DNA of 64,000 nt from Podarcis bocagei (Eukaryota), in NCBI GenBank assembly GCA_964188305.1, contig OZ076886.1, one strand, 5' to 3'. The translations under genes were made by a program, and so were the position numbers. A model generated the notes under the pieces. That model made no database searches and was not told the origin of the DNA. It saw only the letters and a list, made by a program, of their open reading frames with translations. Of this stretch, positions 1 through 16,139 are shown piece by piece. Positions within the stretch are counted from its first letter, which is position 1, and each line of letters begins with the position of its first letter.

Positions 1-135
1 ATTGGGAGTTTATGCTTTTCCTGCCACACTGATGAATTTTTGCCATGGGGTTTTGTTCTGCCTCACAGCTGACTCCCCTGATGTCTCAGACCTTGATGCT
101 CCCAGCACTCATAATCTCTTCTTTAACCCTTTCAG

Positions 136-303
136 GATAACATTGCAGATTCAGTAATTAAGTTGATCCAGCCATATATCGACAGTGAAGAATTTCAGCC
201 AGCAGCCATAGCCAAAGTGTCCAAAGCCTGCACATCTATCTGCCAGTGGGTCAGGGCCATGCATAAGTATCACTTCGTGGCAAAAGCTGTGGAGCCAAAA
301 CGA
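136..303 (+). CDS. DNAH1: DNAH1 exon (DNIADSVIK...AVEPKR)
   Basis: ttcag acceptor, gtaaga donor, 168 bp. Confidence 0.93.
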
Positions 304-3300
304 GTAAGAACTACAGCAGGGCTTCTTCAAAGTTATTGCATGTACACCTAAAATGGAATGGAGCCTCTGCCTGCCCCCATTGCTGCTAACCACAATTATT
401 TTCCTTGGAATTATGGCAGAACTTGACATTCACAAAAATTTCTCTCTCTCCTCAGCAAGCCTTGAGGGAGGCTGAAGAAGACCTCCAGGCCACACAGAAG
501 ATTCTGGATGAGGCCAAGGAGCGTCTTCGAGAGGTGGAAGATGGCATTGCCAACCTGCAGGCCAAATACCAAGGTACTCTGGCCACAAAAGAGGAACTCG
601 AGATGAAGTGTGATCAGTGTGAGCAGAGACTGGGTCGGGCTGACAAGGTAAGGGCCATGGCCACAACTGTGGAGTCTCCTCCTCCATTCCCTTCACCAGG
701 CCTCACCTGCCACTTGTTGGGGCAAGATGGAAGACAGGAGGAGAGGCTGAAGGAAAGAACTGGGGGCGAAGAAACAGCTTTCTTTTGTTTCACATCAGCA
801 GAGCTGTTAAAGAGACAGACACAATCTCCAAGTTGCAATCCAGAAACTCGGGGGGGAGGAGGGAATACTAGTAAAACCACCAATTTCTTCTGACAATTAT
901 GTCCGCCCAAGTAAGTTTACCAAATCCTCTTTGATAGTAATTTTGTGGCCTTAATCACAGCAGGGAGTCAAACCTGCTTTTTCATTTCCCATATATCAGT
1001 AGTTGGGCTTAGGTGGGCAGTCCCAGTCACTGTTTTCCTGCGACATTTTCTCCTAGGGTTTGGTGGAGCTTCTTTGAGAAAGAAACTAATGTCAGTCTTT
1101 CTTTTCTCCAGTTGATTAATGGCCTGGCTGATGAAAGGATACGCTGGCAGGAAACAGTCCAGAACCTCGATTATATGATTAACAATATTGCAGGGGATGT
1201 GTTGGCATCAGCTGGCTTTATAGCATACATGGGCCCTTTTACAGTGAGTAGGAAAAATATTTTATTTTCCAGAATACCTGAGCAGTGTCTTGATTTAGTT
1301 CTGGTACAGAATAAGTTCCCCAAGAGAAAATATGTTTCTGGGTCAAATTCTTGCTGCATCCCACATTGTAGCTAAACCATAGTGGCATAGTGCTGAATTG
1401 TCAAACATCTAAGTGTTGAAACTGGGATAGTTGCAGTCAAAATCTATCAGTGCATATTCTTGTTAATTAGTAAGTCCGGGGGCCAATGGCCACAGAGCTA
1501 TTAATTACTAAATGGGCAGTCTTAGACCATAGGAATGTAACTGGTGGAGAGAGAGCTCTGTGTGATGTCATTTCCCCTGTTTCCAGTGGCAGGAAGAAAT
1601 GAGACATATGTTGCTCTCTCTCTCTTTGTCCTTTTGCACCATGCTTTTGATGGAGATAGTTGTCTGTCTGTGTTCTCCCCGTGTGCAGACATAATTGAAT
1701 CTTATAATTTAACTATGAATTTTGTAACCTAGAAGTATTTTTACCTGCATTGTTTTTGCTGGTGTTTGTTGAAGATGAGTGCAAGACTTTAAGTAAGCGC
1801 TATTTTTAACTTACTTTACAGTTTTTGTTTTGATTATTTTTCCAAGTGTGGTAACTATAAAGGGGGAAGCGAGCTTGCTTCAAAACTGGATTCAAATAGG
1901 TTTTGCAGCCTTTGCTTAGCTTTTATTTTTTCTGCCAAGGGATGGTAATCTGAAACTCTGACCAGCTAGCTTTCTAAGTGCAAACACTAAGCTGATTATT
2001 CTAAACATTTAAATCCCAAACACATGGGGAGACTGGAAGGATAACTGTAATTCATACATCCTCTCCTACTTACTAAATCTGTCCCACAAGAGAAACAGCC
2101 AGTGCAATTGATAGTTAACAGGTATAAAGTGATGCATATTGGGTTTTTAAAAACTTAACTTCACCTATGTGCTAGTGGGACCTGAATTGGCGGTCACTGT
2201 CCAGGAAATAATTCTTTGTCAAGGTAGATAGATTAATGAAAATGCCAACCCAAGTGTGCAGTAGCTATATAAAAAGAGGAATTCCATATTTGGGCTCATT
2301 TAGGGAAGGGAGTGAAAATAAAATTTCCAATATCATAATGCTCCTATAAGAATTGATGTGCAGCCACACATGGACTGTTATGTACAGTTCTCATTGCTTC
2401 ATCTCAAGAAGGCTATTGTAGACCTGGAAAAGGTGCAGAAAAGGGAAACCAAAATTAGGACGGGGCTGGAACAGTTTAGTTTAGAAAAAACATACAAGTA
2501 AGGAGCAGGACATGATAGAAGTATAGAAAATTATCCAGGGTGTAGATGAAAGTGGATAGAGAGAATTCTTTCTCCTTCCCTCTTAATACTTGAACCCAGT
2601 CATCCAGTGAAGCTGTATGTTGGACAATTTAGGAAAGACCAAAGGAAGTCCTCTTTCACCACCATGTGATGCAGTAAAGGCCACCAACTTGAGTGGTTTT
2701 GAAAGAGATGTTGATAAATCCATGAAGGAGAAAGCAGTCAGTGGCTACTAGTCACGATGGCTGTGTACAGAAGTGGTTTGCGCAGTGGGCTGCACTGCAG
2801 AACCGCCCTCCTGACACCAGCATTGCTGCCACTTAACAGGACAGTGCAGGGGCAGGATAGCAACAGGGCTGGGGCTTCACAGGCTCCCCAGCAGGAGCAC
2901 CAGAGTAGCCCCAACCTCACCATTGCCTTGTCACATCACCACACTGTAAACAGCAGCAACACCAGCGTTGGGAGGATGGGAGGATGGCATCACCCCACTA
3001 CACCAACCAGTGATGAACTGCTAAATACCAGTTGCCTGGGAGCACAAGTGGGGGGAGTGCTGTTGTGCTCATGTCCCGTGAGCTTCCCATAGGTATGTTG
3101 TTGGCTACTGTGTGAACAAGATGCTAGACAGTCCATTGGAACAGCTAAGCATGTGGGCCTCATGCTCTTTTTCAGCATGTTGGCCTAATTTAGCTAACTG
3201 TAATACTGATTTAATATCAGTGATGCTTAGTTTTCCTTTGCAGGGTCAATACCGCAATTCACTTTATGATGAATGGATAAGTAAGCTTGAGACGTATAAT

Positions 3301-4072
3301 GTTCCACACACAAAAGAACCAAACCTGATAGGCACACTTGGAGACCCAGTGAAAATCCGATCGTGGCAGGTAATTTTAACAGGATACACTGACTGAATTG
3401 TTTTGAAATGTGTTCCCATGCTTTGAATAACTTTAACTTGTGGGGCTGAATCCTAGCTATGTGGACATGGCTTTGGTTTCCTGGGCCCTAATTCCATTGT
3501 AGACAGAAATCAAGAAGAAGTGAATCACAGAATAACTATACAATGGGTTGGACTGCACACCTCACCTTGTCCTCTTCTCTGCTAGCAGAAGTTTAAATTA
3601 TGGAAAATTTGCTTGATTGACATATTTTGCACAGGTTACATAAATTCATTTTCCTTGCTGCAGAACATATGTTATTGCCAGTGCAGTTTTGTTTAGGGGC
3701 AGAGTACGCAGAATTTGTGTTTACTGTTAAAATGATGTGTTCTTATGCAGATTGCAGGTCTACCCAATGATACCTTGTCTGTGGAGAATGGAATGATAAC
3801 CCAGTTCTCTCAGCGCTGGACTCTCTTCATAGACCCCCAGGGACAAGCCAACAAATGGATAAAAAACTTGGTAAGGGCTTCTGCTTCTGCAAAGTCATTA
3901 ATCCACTTCAGTGGTACCAGGGGATTTGGTACCCCATCCTATCTCTGAGATTGAAGTTACGTTCCTATAAAGGCATGTTGTTTACATCTCACTGTTAAAA
4001 TTCCCAGTTTGCAAACTATAAATGCAAATGTAAAAAAAATACACACCCTTGTTATCTGAATCTTCTGATTAT

Positions 4073-4131
<59 letters not shown>

Positions 4132-7100
4132 AAATTCTGCTCTTTCCTTCATGAAATGATGGAAATATGGTTTAAGAATTTTAAAGCAGAAAACCAAACT
4201 TCATGGGTTTGAAGGTTCAGCTGCCAATTCTGAGTATTGATTTTGCAATGTGAAAAGCCATGATCAAAAAGCAAAAGCAGAACTGTTATCATGAAGAAAT
4301 ATGAGCAGTGAAAGTGGTTATCACGTTCCTTTTGGTTGCTTTCACACATTGGAGAGCTGAGTCGCAGGTCTGGGTGTTCGCTGTGTTCAATTTATTAACA
4401 AAGTGGATGCTTATACTCAGATTTCTCCACCCCCACCCCATGTTTCTTTTAATCAATTTTCCATTTGTTGTTCCACATTCACACAAGCAGGCCCCCACAT
4501 ATCACCCGTACTGAGTTTCTCTGCACCTTCTCTGTTTTTCAGGAGAGAGATAGTGGGTTAGATACATCTAAGCTCAGTGATCGGGACTTCCTGCGCAGCT
4601 TGGAGAATGCCATTCGTTTTGGAAAGCCGTTCCTGCTGGAGAATGTTGGTGAAGAACTGGATCCGGCCCTTGAACCTGTCCTGCTAAAACAGGTGCCCCT
4701 GATTTTTCAGTGCCTGTTTGATAAAGTATTAGCAGGCACTGGCAACTTTTCTGCTGTCAGCACTGAGTGAAGGGGCTACTCTAATGTTGGAATGCCTTTC
4801 ATCTTTAAGAACTGCTATCTGTGTGAATTGGGGTTACAAAGGTGCAGATTTGTAGTTGAGAAGCTTTGGGCGGTAGGAGAAGGCTTACTTCTTCCCCTGA
4901 CAGCTGGTGTTGCCTCTATTAGCTGCTGTTCCCCCGTTATCATCCATAAAATGAAGGAAAGAAAAATGCTTGTTAATATGTGTTGATATGCTGGACCAAC
5001 TGGGACTAGGAAGCAGCTTTGATGCCGAGACATGCAAATCTGTCTTCTGGTTGTGGACTGATACTAGCCCAGAAATTCTGCAAAAATCCATTCTGGACTC
5101 ACCATTACCATCTACTTTTGCCTATCCCAAGCCACACTATCCGTATACTCTCAACAACATGAATTTGTTGGATGGAGTTGGCTATGAACGTTGTGGTACT
5201 ATCTGTTACAGAATTGTCTCTTCTGTTTGCATAGAAGTTTGTTGTTGCTGCTGCTTATTTTTACTTGTTTCCCTGATATACAGACCTATAAGCAGCAAGG
5301 TAGCACAGTGTTGAAGCTGGGAGACACAATCATTCCATACCATGAGGACTTCAAGATGTACATCACCACCAACCTACCTAATCCCCACTACACACCAGAG
5401 CTGTCCACCAAGCTTACGCTGATTAACTTCACCCTATCCCCCAGGTAACACCAGCTCTACTTGTCATTGCTGATGCCAGCAAGTGTTCTGATACTCTTCT
5501 TGGGCTTAAAAATCCTCCACTTTAATCATGTCAGCTGCTATTCCCCACCTGTAGTTCTGAGTTAGAGGTTGCATCCCATCAATCTTGATAGATGGAACTA
5601 TGAATTTGAGCCCTGCTGGGTATGCAGTTTGCGGCTGGGGAAAGTCTGAAACCAAGCTCTAACAGAACATGAAGATTCCATATGACCCTTTGTTGTTCAA
5701 ATTGTAATATGTGTGGTTACTTTCTTTCTTTCTTACAGTGGCTTAGAGGATCAGCTGTTAGGCCAAGTGGTAGCTGAAGAGCGGCCTGACTTGGAAGAGG
5801 CCAAGAACCAATTGATTGTCAGTAATGCCAAGATGCGACAGGAGCTGAAGGAGATAGAAGATCAGATCCTGTACCGCTTGAGTTCTTCTGAGGGGAACCC
5901 TGTTGATGATCTGGAGCTTATCAAAGTGTTGGAGGCATCCAAGCTAAAAGCAGGGGAGATTCAGGTTGGTGACTGACCTGCACTTCCACTGCAGCCTGTC
6001 AGCTGTTTGCTTTGACTTAATGTGGAATGGTGCATTTTGTCTCGGTCTTGAATCTCCTGCAGGCCAAAGTGAAGGTAGCTGAACAGACAGAGAAGGATAT
6101 TGACATCACCCGGCTGGAGTATGTGCCTGTGGCTGTCCGCACCCAGATCCTCTTCTTCTGTGTCTCAGACTTGGCCAATGTCGATCCCATGTACCAGTAT
6201 TCATTGGAATGGTTCCTCAACATATTTCTGACGGGAATTGCAAACGCTGAGAGAGCAGGTACCTCTGATAATGTGCTGTGTGTGAAGAGAATCCCATCCC
6301 AAACCCCTCAGTGTCTCACTGAGGGGTTTGGGACTATAGAATTGTAGAGTTGGAAGGGACCATACTCTGATCAACACTAAAAGGACAATTTCATAGTTCA
6401 AATGTTCAGAGTTTCTAAAGTATTATGTTTGCATAGTAAAGTTGTTAGCCATAGGATAGTAACCTCAGCAAAGTAAATATGTAATAATATATTGGTGATC
6501 CCAAATGCTATATCCCGTTATGTTTGTTACAAGCCATCCCAAAATGAATTGGTGGTCTTGCAGTTCTTCTGGAAGATGTTCAGACTTTTGAAGGATTGGA
6601 GATTTGTTCATCCTTGCACTTCAATATCCAGTAGAGCTCAGTGCTGGAATAAAATTGGCACACAAACCTTTTAAGAGTACACCTACTCATTATGGATCAT
6701 AATCAGCCCCTACTAGCTTATTGCCAGAGTTGCAGAATCTCAATGAACTTTAGCTTGATCCCAAATTATTTCTGTACAGGGTTCAGGAAAAAAATTCACT
6801 TTGCTGAATCTATAAAGAGGGTCATCATTTCAGATCATGCTGGTGGCAACATTCAGCCATATATGCTGTAGAACTAGTATGTAATCCAGAGATGCAGGTG
6901 TTCCTGATGCCCTCTGCTCTTCCCTCACCATATCTAAATTGTTCTACTGTCAAGCTCTGTATGAGAGAATTCTTTTAAAGCACTAGCTTTTAACTTGGTA
7001 TCCTTATCAGTGCAAAGCACTTGGCTTTTAAATGGCCTTCAGCCATCCTAGCAGTTTTTTATTCTCCAGGCAGTGTTCAGTATGCCAGCACCAGACAGGA

Positions 7101-7626
7101 GGCATGAGAAGTTTTTCTGGCTCACTAGTGCGGGCCTAAGTCCTCTTGAATAATGAAAACAGTGCTAAAGTGTATGGCAATATTGTGGGTCATTTCCTCC
7201 TACTTGCTGTCTGCATTGTTATTTTGTGATTTCTTATTTTCAGACACCCTAAAGAAGCGAATAGCAAATATCAATAAGTACCTCACCTTCAGCCTCTACA
7301 GCAATGTGTGTCGGAGCCTCTTTGAGAAGCACAAGCTCATGTTTGCCTTTCTCGTCTGCATCCGGATCATGATGAACGAAGGCAAAATAGACATGGTCAG
7401 TGAAACTACGTCCTCAGACCCTTTTAAGCAAGTATCTGTGCGATCATGAACTGCTATGAGACTGCTTTTCAAAGCATGTAACTACGCACTGTACAACAAA
7501 CATGTCTTAAAGCATAGCCCATTGATATAATGCAGCATCACCTATTAAAATAGGTTGAAGGCACTCTGTGTTTCACTGGTGGCACAGAATGTTCAAATAT
7601 AGGCATCTGGGAAACCTGATTATGCC

Positions 7627-7698
<72 letters not shown>

Positions 7699-10600
7699 TG
7701 TATGACAACCACCTGCTAACTTGATCCTAACTCTTTCTGTGAATGGAACAGAATTCAGGGAATGAGGCATTCCCACCTTCCCTTTCCCTCTGCAGCTCCA
7801 TGAACTCCCTGAAAATCTGTTATAGGGGTGAGGTGACTGGGTGACCCTTGGGAAGGGATATGGGAGGCTGTTTCAGATGGAAAGGAGAAATGACAAGCAC
7901 CCACTTCCCTTTACTTGAGCAGAGGAGCATCTGTTTGCTGCAGAAAACATCCATGTAATGTTTCTGTTCCCCATAGCAGTTGCAACTTGTAGGGCTACTG
8001 CTACAGTGTGCTTCCAGACATATATTCCTGGGGCAAAACCATACCATACACTAAAGCACATCCAACACACATTTAAAGCACATGACCTCCCCCCCCCAAA
8101 AAAGAAGAATACTGGGAACTGTAGAACTACAAATCCCAGCATCCTTAACAAACTAAAGTAATGTCACTGAACGTTACGTTTCTGGGAAGGTGGAGCAGTA
8201 TTACATACCTTTGTTCTTAAACTTGTGACCAGTGCAGAACTGTCCTCACAAACATACCTTATGGAAGTGATGGTTGCCCCGACAATTTACCATGCTGACT
8301 GGTCCCTCGTCAAGAGTCTGTAAACATTTTGACAAGCCTGCCATCTGTGGGCCAGAGAGGTGAACACCTCCATACATTGGCACTTCTGGCCATGGTTCAT
8401 GGAAGGAAAATTCACAAGCAGAAAGTCTAATTCTTCCTATCTATTATTTGTGATTTTTTTACATTCAGGATGAATGGCGATACCTAATTTCAGGTGGTGC
8501 AGTTAAGACCATGCGGGATAATCCAGCTCCTGCATGGTTATACGAAAGAGCATGGAATGATATCTTGGCCTTGACCAACCTACACAATTTTTCCAGCTTT
8601 GCAGATGATTTTGTGGCAAATCTGAATGGTTTCCGAGCAATTTTTGACAGCGCAGAACCTCACAGGTGACGTTTCCCCTTCAGTTCCCAGTAGGGTTGTA
8701 GGTCCTGTAGTGTTTTTTGTTTGGCTCTGCCCTCCCTTCCCCATCCCTCACCCCCGCTGCTTGCCAGTGGTCATTCTGCCCAGAAAATGGCTAGAGATTT
8801 GTTACTGACCTTGCCAGCCCCTTAAAAACATCGGAAGAGCCCTGCTGGCTCAGGCCAAAGGCCCAGCTAGTCCAGCATCCTGTTCTCACAGTGGGCAACC
8901 AGATGCCTGTGGAAACTCCTGAGCAGGACCAGAGTGTAACAGCATTCTATGATTCTGCACCTATGATTCCTAGAATCTGGTGTATGGAGGCATATTGCCT
9001 CCAGCAGTGGAGCTAGAGCACAGCCATCAAGTGATCTGTCACAAAGATTGAGCCCATTATAGTTACCACACGAAATCCACTCTGAGAAGCCTGTCGTCTT
9101 GCCCTATGCCTGTTACATTTTCAGTGTGAAATGTGAAAACCTGACACAGCCCTTTCCTCTCTTGCAGGGAGCATCTGCCTGGCCTGTGGGACGCCAAGTT
9201 AGATGCCTTCCAGAAGTTGCTGGTCCTCCGTTGCCTGCGAGGGGACAAAGTCACCAATGCAATGCAGGACTTTGTGGCTGCCAACTTGGGGCAGACCTTC
9301 ATTGAGCCTCAGGTAGCTACCAGCAGTTGAGTTGGGTGGTAGGAGGGGTGAGCAGATAGATGTTTGGCAAAACCATCACCTCATAGTGTCTCATCCTGCC
9401 GCCTTCTTTCTCAAGTCTAGCCATGGCCTTATTCCCAAAGCATAAGACGGGGAAACGCTGTGCACTGACTCTGAGCAAATATCTTCTCCATTGTCCACTA
9501 CCAGTGCTTAATAGAAAAATTCTGCCTTTATTCCCATTTCAGACTGCAAACCTCTCTGTGGTGTTTAAGGAATCTGCCGCTACTACCCCTCTTATCTTCG
9601 TCCTCTCTCCCGGCACAGACCCAGCTGCTGATCTCTATAAATTTGCTGAAGAAATGAAGTTTTCTAAGAAACTATCTGCAATTTCTCTTGGACAGGGACA
9701 AGTAAGTTCCCAGTGCTATAGTGCTGCACATCCCTTAAAACATGGCTAATCCCCATTAATTGCTCTGTAGCTCTTTTCCAATAAACTTTGTGAAGTAGAT
9801 TCCTGCCATTACTATCTTTGAGTGGATAACGAAGTATAAGAGCAGTGGATGTGTTCAAGTCCACCGCTGAGTTTTCATGTCTGAGTGCAAGGTTTCACCC
9901 GGGGGGAGCTGAATTCAGCTCTTCCAGCACCCACTACAAAATACTGCAAACCTGTTTCACACACTTTACTGCTTTCAGGAATTCTGGGTAACGACACTTG
10001 TGGATCCGCAAAAGCTGGTTGACATAATAAATTTGTTAGTGTCGTGAAACTCTTAATCATGTTTGCTGTCCTGCAGTATTCCTTCTTACATCTTGTATGG
10101 GTGTCTCCTGCAAGCAGACATGGACTTTGAGAGCCTACAACGCTCTAAGTGACCTTCACGCCCTTAAGTCAGGGGTGGGGAACTGGATCCAACTGGCAGA
10201 CCAAATCCTTATATCCCCCACCTCACCTGCCACCTGGTGCCACATTGTCAGGTGACCTTTTTCGTGTAGCACTGCACACAAAAGGCCCAATGGGCATCAG
10301 GGTTTCAGTGCACAGTGTTATGCAAGCCCTGATAATCAGCTGATTGGTGGTGCCTACCAACTCCCTTTTAGTCCATCCACCTGGCTTTCTTAGTTTTTTC
10401 AGCTTTCTTAGTTTTTCTGCCTTCCCTAATTCCCTGCGGACATAGTACAGCCACCCTGACTGACCTGTGGCTAACTGTGTCATTCTGTGTTGCTTCTTAG
10501 GGTCCCCGCGCAGAAGCCATGATGCGCAGTGCTATGGAGCGTGGGAAGTGGGTCTTCTTCCAGAATTGCCACCTGGCTCCAAGCTGGATGCCTTCTTTGG

Positions 10601-13600
10601 AACGACTCATTGAAGGCATCAACCCTGACAAGGTGACACACAGATGGACCTCAGCTTTTGCTTCCCTGTGCATTTTCAGCAGAAGCCATAAAGTTTCTCC
10701 CTGGATCCTTATGTAAATGTTTATAGGTAGCTATAGAAAAATTCTTAAAGTGATGGGACAGCAGTAGTTAGGCAGGATCTTTCTAGAGCTTTCTACTTTC
10801 TTTGCAGAGCATGCTTATGCTGCCAACAACAAGATGGGCAAAAAAGGTGGAGGAGGTAGGGATTAGTTGCAGAATCTTGAGGCTCCATATGGGAGCAAGA
10901 TAATAAGATGAAATAGAATCTCCAGTGAGCATTTTTTTGCTTCTGTAAAGGAAAGTGCAAGTGTCACTTTCTCTTGATGTTCTCCTTACACATTCTTATT
11001 GCAGGATGTCTTTGAAAGCTCACAGGAGTAAGCAGGATATCTTAAGAGAAACGTTGACTGTTCCCTCCTATGAGAAATATATTTGCTGGTCTCTTTGTGA
11101 TGGAGGAACACTTCTCTAATGGGAGTGAGAAAAGACTCTTCTGTAGGTGTTTCTAAAAAGTAGAACGGAACTGTTTCAGATTATACATGGCTCATATTTC
11201 AATTGCCTAGGTGCACCGGGACTTCAGACTTTGGCTCACCAGTCTGCCTAGTAACAAGTTTCCAGTGTCCATCCTCCAGAACGGATCTAAGATGACCATT
11301 GAGCCACCACGGGGAGTAAAGGCTAATCTGCTGAAATCTTACTTAAGCCTGAACAATGACTTTCTGAACTCCTGTACCAAGGTAAGAGGTCCCATTTTCC
11401 AAGTTTTCAGACAGCACTTTCTCATTCCTAGCTTTCTCCTGTCAAGGGATTGGTTACATTAGCTTCTGAATCAGTCCCTGTTCCTCTCCACTGCTACTGT
11501 GCCTCTTTGCACAAAGCGTACCACGTTACAGTGGTGTACAGCCAGATTTGGGGGGGCATGCCTTTCTTGCTCATTAGAAGCAACTGTTAATGGAAATGTT
11601 GTAGCAGCATCTTATCCTGTGACACTTAGGACCCATAAGAGCTTTTCTCAATGCATGTCCTCATTATTTCTGCATCTTGCAGCTTACGGAGTTCAAATCC
11701 TTGCTCCTCTCGCTTTGCCTCTTCCATGGGAATGCACTGGAAAGGAGGAAGTTTGGGCCACTGGGGTTCAACATTCCTTATGAGTTCACAGACGGAGATC
11801 TGCGCATCTGCATCAGCCAGCTGAAGATGTTTCTGGATGAATATGAAAACATCCCTTACAAGGTAGGAGGAGAGTGGTGCATGCCAAGGGTGAAATCTGG
11901 GCTGTGAGAAAATGTGTGTGAAGGAATAAAATCCTCCCAGGAAGACGGATTATGTAGGTGACCTAATACTTGGGGAGAGGGTCAGATAGTGCTTCTAGTC
12001 TTATTGGAAATACTGCTAAATAGCCTGAAGTTCCACGTTTGGCGGAACATATTCACCATTTCTCCTCAGTTCTCTGGAGAAGCAGTAGAATAACTTGCTG
12101 CAACACAGCAGCTGCAGCAAAATATACTTGAGGCCTCTCTTGCCCCATGCTCTTTGATGCGACAGGATTATCTGTCTCCAAGCAGTGGGCCTGAATATTG
12201 TGTACAGTTTAAATTACTCAAAATATTTAAACTGGATTCATTTGGACTAGTCCAAATAATCTGCCTTTGCACAGCCTTCATCACTAGTCAGTGTTTGTCA
12301 ACAACAACAACAATATTACTTAAACCTTGCCCATCTAGCCGTGTCTTCCCAGCCACTGTCAAACCTTCTGCACCCTCTTATCCATTGCTACCATGCTTGT
12401 TAACTGTAAATCCATTTCTTGCATTCAGCATGGTGTGCCGTTATTTCCCTGTCTAATATTAATAATAACAACAACAACGATGATGATGATGATGTATTAT
12501 TTATATGTCACCCATCTGACTGGGTTGCCCCAGCCACTTTGGGCAGCTTCCAAGAAATTAAAACATCAGACACCATGTGTTTGGAGTAGTTGAGGGAAGC
12601 CAATCCAAGCTTGTACTTGTTTTAATGCTGTAGCTGAACCAGCCAGAGAAAAAAGTTCTTGATGTGTGTAAGTAGATGGTGGAGACTTGGATCCCTGTGC
12701 ATGACAGAAGGCGCTTGCACTCATGCACAGCCAGGTGATCTCTTGCATGGGTGCTCTTTCCCTGGAGAGTGTTTCAGTTCTTCAAGGTGGCTTCTGGCAT
12801 GGAAAAAAGAGGGCTGGCAAAGTGCCCCAAATTGCTCTCCTCTTGTACCCAAGCCACAGCCTCCTCTGCCATTTCTATGTCCTGGTCCTTTTGTAGGTTT
12901 TGAAGTACACAGCAGGTGAGATTAACTATGGAGGCCGGGTGACGGATGACTGGGACAGGCGCTGCATCATGAATATTTTGGAAGATTTCTACAACCCAGA
13001 TGTTCTCAATCCAGAGTTTTCTTACTCAGAATCTGGTGTCTACAAACAGATTAGTACCACTTATGACCTTAATGTAAGTTGCATAAACTAGTAGGCAAAC
13101 ACACTGCACTATAGAAAGAATTAAACCTATACTAGTCTGAGTGTGTTGTTCTGTATGTGCCTGGTTGATTCAAAAGTGAACCACTTTTCTAAGAGTCTGT
13201 ATCAGATTTGGGAAGATCTCTCACAGATGAGTCTGTTCCTGAAACAAAATGCATGATGCTGTCACAGGGGTTGTAACACTTCTTCCAAAATACAAATTTT
13301 GGTTGAAACCCTGAGTGACAGGTTAACCAGGCAAACACATAATAATTCATAAGCACAACTTGGTAGGTGAACAATCTTATTAGAATGTGTTCTTTTATAA
13401 CTGTTGGAACCGTTTCTCCCTTTCTTTCAGTAGTTTACTTTTGGTCTGTCTTAAAGAAATTCCTCCTCATTGTTCTGCGTGTTGATTTCCCCCCATAGGG
13501 ATACATCCAGTACATCAAGAGCCTTCCCCTCAATGACATGCCCGAGATATTTGGATTGCATGACAATGCTAACATCACCTTTGCTCAGAATGAGACTTTT

Positions 13601-16103
13601 GCACTCCTTGGGGCCATTATTCAACTTCAGCCAAAGACATCAACAGCAGGAGGGCGGAGCAGGGAAGAGGTCTGTAAGCCTGCTACCCTAATGGAATATG
13701 AACTTAGTGCATACCCCCACCCAGAAATACTCTTTAATAGAAAAAGCTGCCTGTATACCAAGAGGCAGAACAGAAATGGCTCAGAATGCCACAGTGGGCC
13801 CAGTTCAGCTCCCTGAGAATCTTCCCTTTCATTTTAAAACAAAAACATTTCTTGCCCTTAGGGCTGAGTAGATAACCTGAAAAGTGTTTGGGCAATGTCT
13901 CCTGAAGTCTCAGAAAGGAAGCAGAATAAGAGTTTTAGGAGGCAATGAGAGCTCTTGGCCATGGCTAAAAATCATGCAGAATGTTATGCAAATAAAAGAA
14001 TAATCAGCAGCACTTAATGTGCATAATTTCTACAGATCACAGAATTCAGCACTTTTTTGTTCAGAATTTGAACTGCGAAGAGTCAGAATATTATTATTAT
14101 TTAAATGAATAGCATTGTCCTCATTACAGAACTACTTTGCTGTGTGAAGATCTCTTCCTGTCTTACAGTAGACATCTCAAGGGAGCAAAGGCACCCACCT
14201 TAAAGGTTAGGTGACCTTACAGCCTGGCTGCAGTATAAATTGCATATGTAATGTGAGAGCAGAAACAAATTACAGAGTAGAAACAATTTAATTTTCATCT
14301 TAGACACGAGTCTTCTCTCACCCAGTTTAAATAAGCTGCTCTGAAGGTCTCCACCCACAAACTGTTCCTTCCACGTCTTTTCCATACATTTTCTAGATTG
14401 TGGAGGAGACTTCAAAAGATATATTGGAGAAAGTGCCTCAGCCCATTGACTTGCAGAGAGTAATGCTGAGATATCCTGTACTGTATGAGGAGTCCATGAA
14501 CACGGTTTTGGCACAGGAAGTGATCAGGTATAAGTCTTACTTTAACCCAGCTCTTTGCAGGACTCCTCTGCAGGTGCATCTCAGAGTTTACAGTTTAGTA
14601 AACTGAAACTAGTAGAGGAGCAACTGCTAGGGAGAGCAAGTGGGTACAATAGATCTGCAGGCAGGTAAATGAGGCAGGAGCTGCCTTTCTCCACCTATTT
14701 GGGCATTTGAGGACAAACCCCATTTACATTACCCTCACAGCACATAAATTTGTGTTTCAGCTTAAGGTTATGAAAACTGAACTGTTTATAACTTTTCTGA
14801 CATTGAAATGTGGAAAGAAACAAATACCCCCTCCCCATCCCAGAATTCATATTTCAGACATATTAATATCTAGTTACGCTGGAAATGAATTTAAACAGCC
14901 TTTACAGAGCTGCATATGATATAATGTTGAGAATTTTGTTGAAAACCAGCATATAACTTAAACATGATATCCCCAAGTTTACACAATAGTGCAGTCATAT
15001 ATGCTCACAGAAGTTATTAAAATCACAGCATTGGATTAGTTTGCCTTTTTTTAAAACAAGAATACCTGCCTTGATTTTGCACAGATACAATCGTCTGCTG
15101 GCAGTCATTGCAGCGAGTTTAAAAGATCTGCTGAAAGCTCTCAAAGGCCTAGTGGTGATGTCATCCCAGCTGGAACTGATGTCCATCAGTTTATACAACA
15201 ATATTGTCCCGGAGATGTGGAATAGTAAGGTACTTCTGAGTGCTATGCAGAGTTTTTGGTAGTTGCAGCAGTGCAGCAGGTTGTTTTGCAAAATGGGAGA
15301 AACACCTCTATACTACTAAGCTGCTATGACTGGTCAGTTTTTCATAAGGAACGTCAAGCCAGACTGAAACTTCACAGATGTACAGATGAAGCCAAACCTT
15401 AAAAAACACTTTTTCTTGCTTACATTGTAGAAATTTAGCACCATAGATTACTGGCTGACCAAGTACAGTTAATTTTAATTTGCATTTAAAATGTTTGCCT
15501 CATAGCAGTTCAAAGGACTGGGACTTACAGCTGCTTAACAGCTCTTTCTTCCAATGCCATTCTTCCCACAGGCCTATCCCTCCTTGAAGCCCTTGGCCTC
15601 CTGGGTGAACGACCTGCTGCTGCGCATTGACTTCTTGCAGAGGTGGATTGAAAAAGGGATCCCACCTGTGTTCTGGATAAGCGGCTTCTTCTTCCCACAG
15701 GCTTTTCTAACAGGGACACTGCAGAACTTTGCCAGAAAGTCTATCATATCCATAGACACCATCTCTTTTGACTTCAAGGTCAGTGGATCATGTTGTATCA
15801 AAAGCTCAGCAAGTGATGTTTTTTACCCTTTTACCTACTGAAAACCCAAGTGTCAGCTTTGCAAGTGAAAGGTACTTGTAATTCCTAATCCCCCATTACA
15901 TTTAAACCACTACAGCAGTGGTTCCCAATTACCACAGAACACCCCTACTTTTTAAAATTTGGTAGTTTATGTTATGTGAGTGGTGCTACAGGTATCCCCA
16001 ACTAGACACAATCATTCTGCTCAGATACAGACAAACTCCTTTGATATAATCCCACAGGCAGGCTTCTTTTTCTGTGGTTTCAAACTGGCACATTTCTTTT
16101 ACC

Positions 16104-16139
<36 letters not shown>
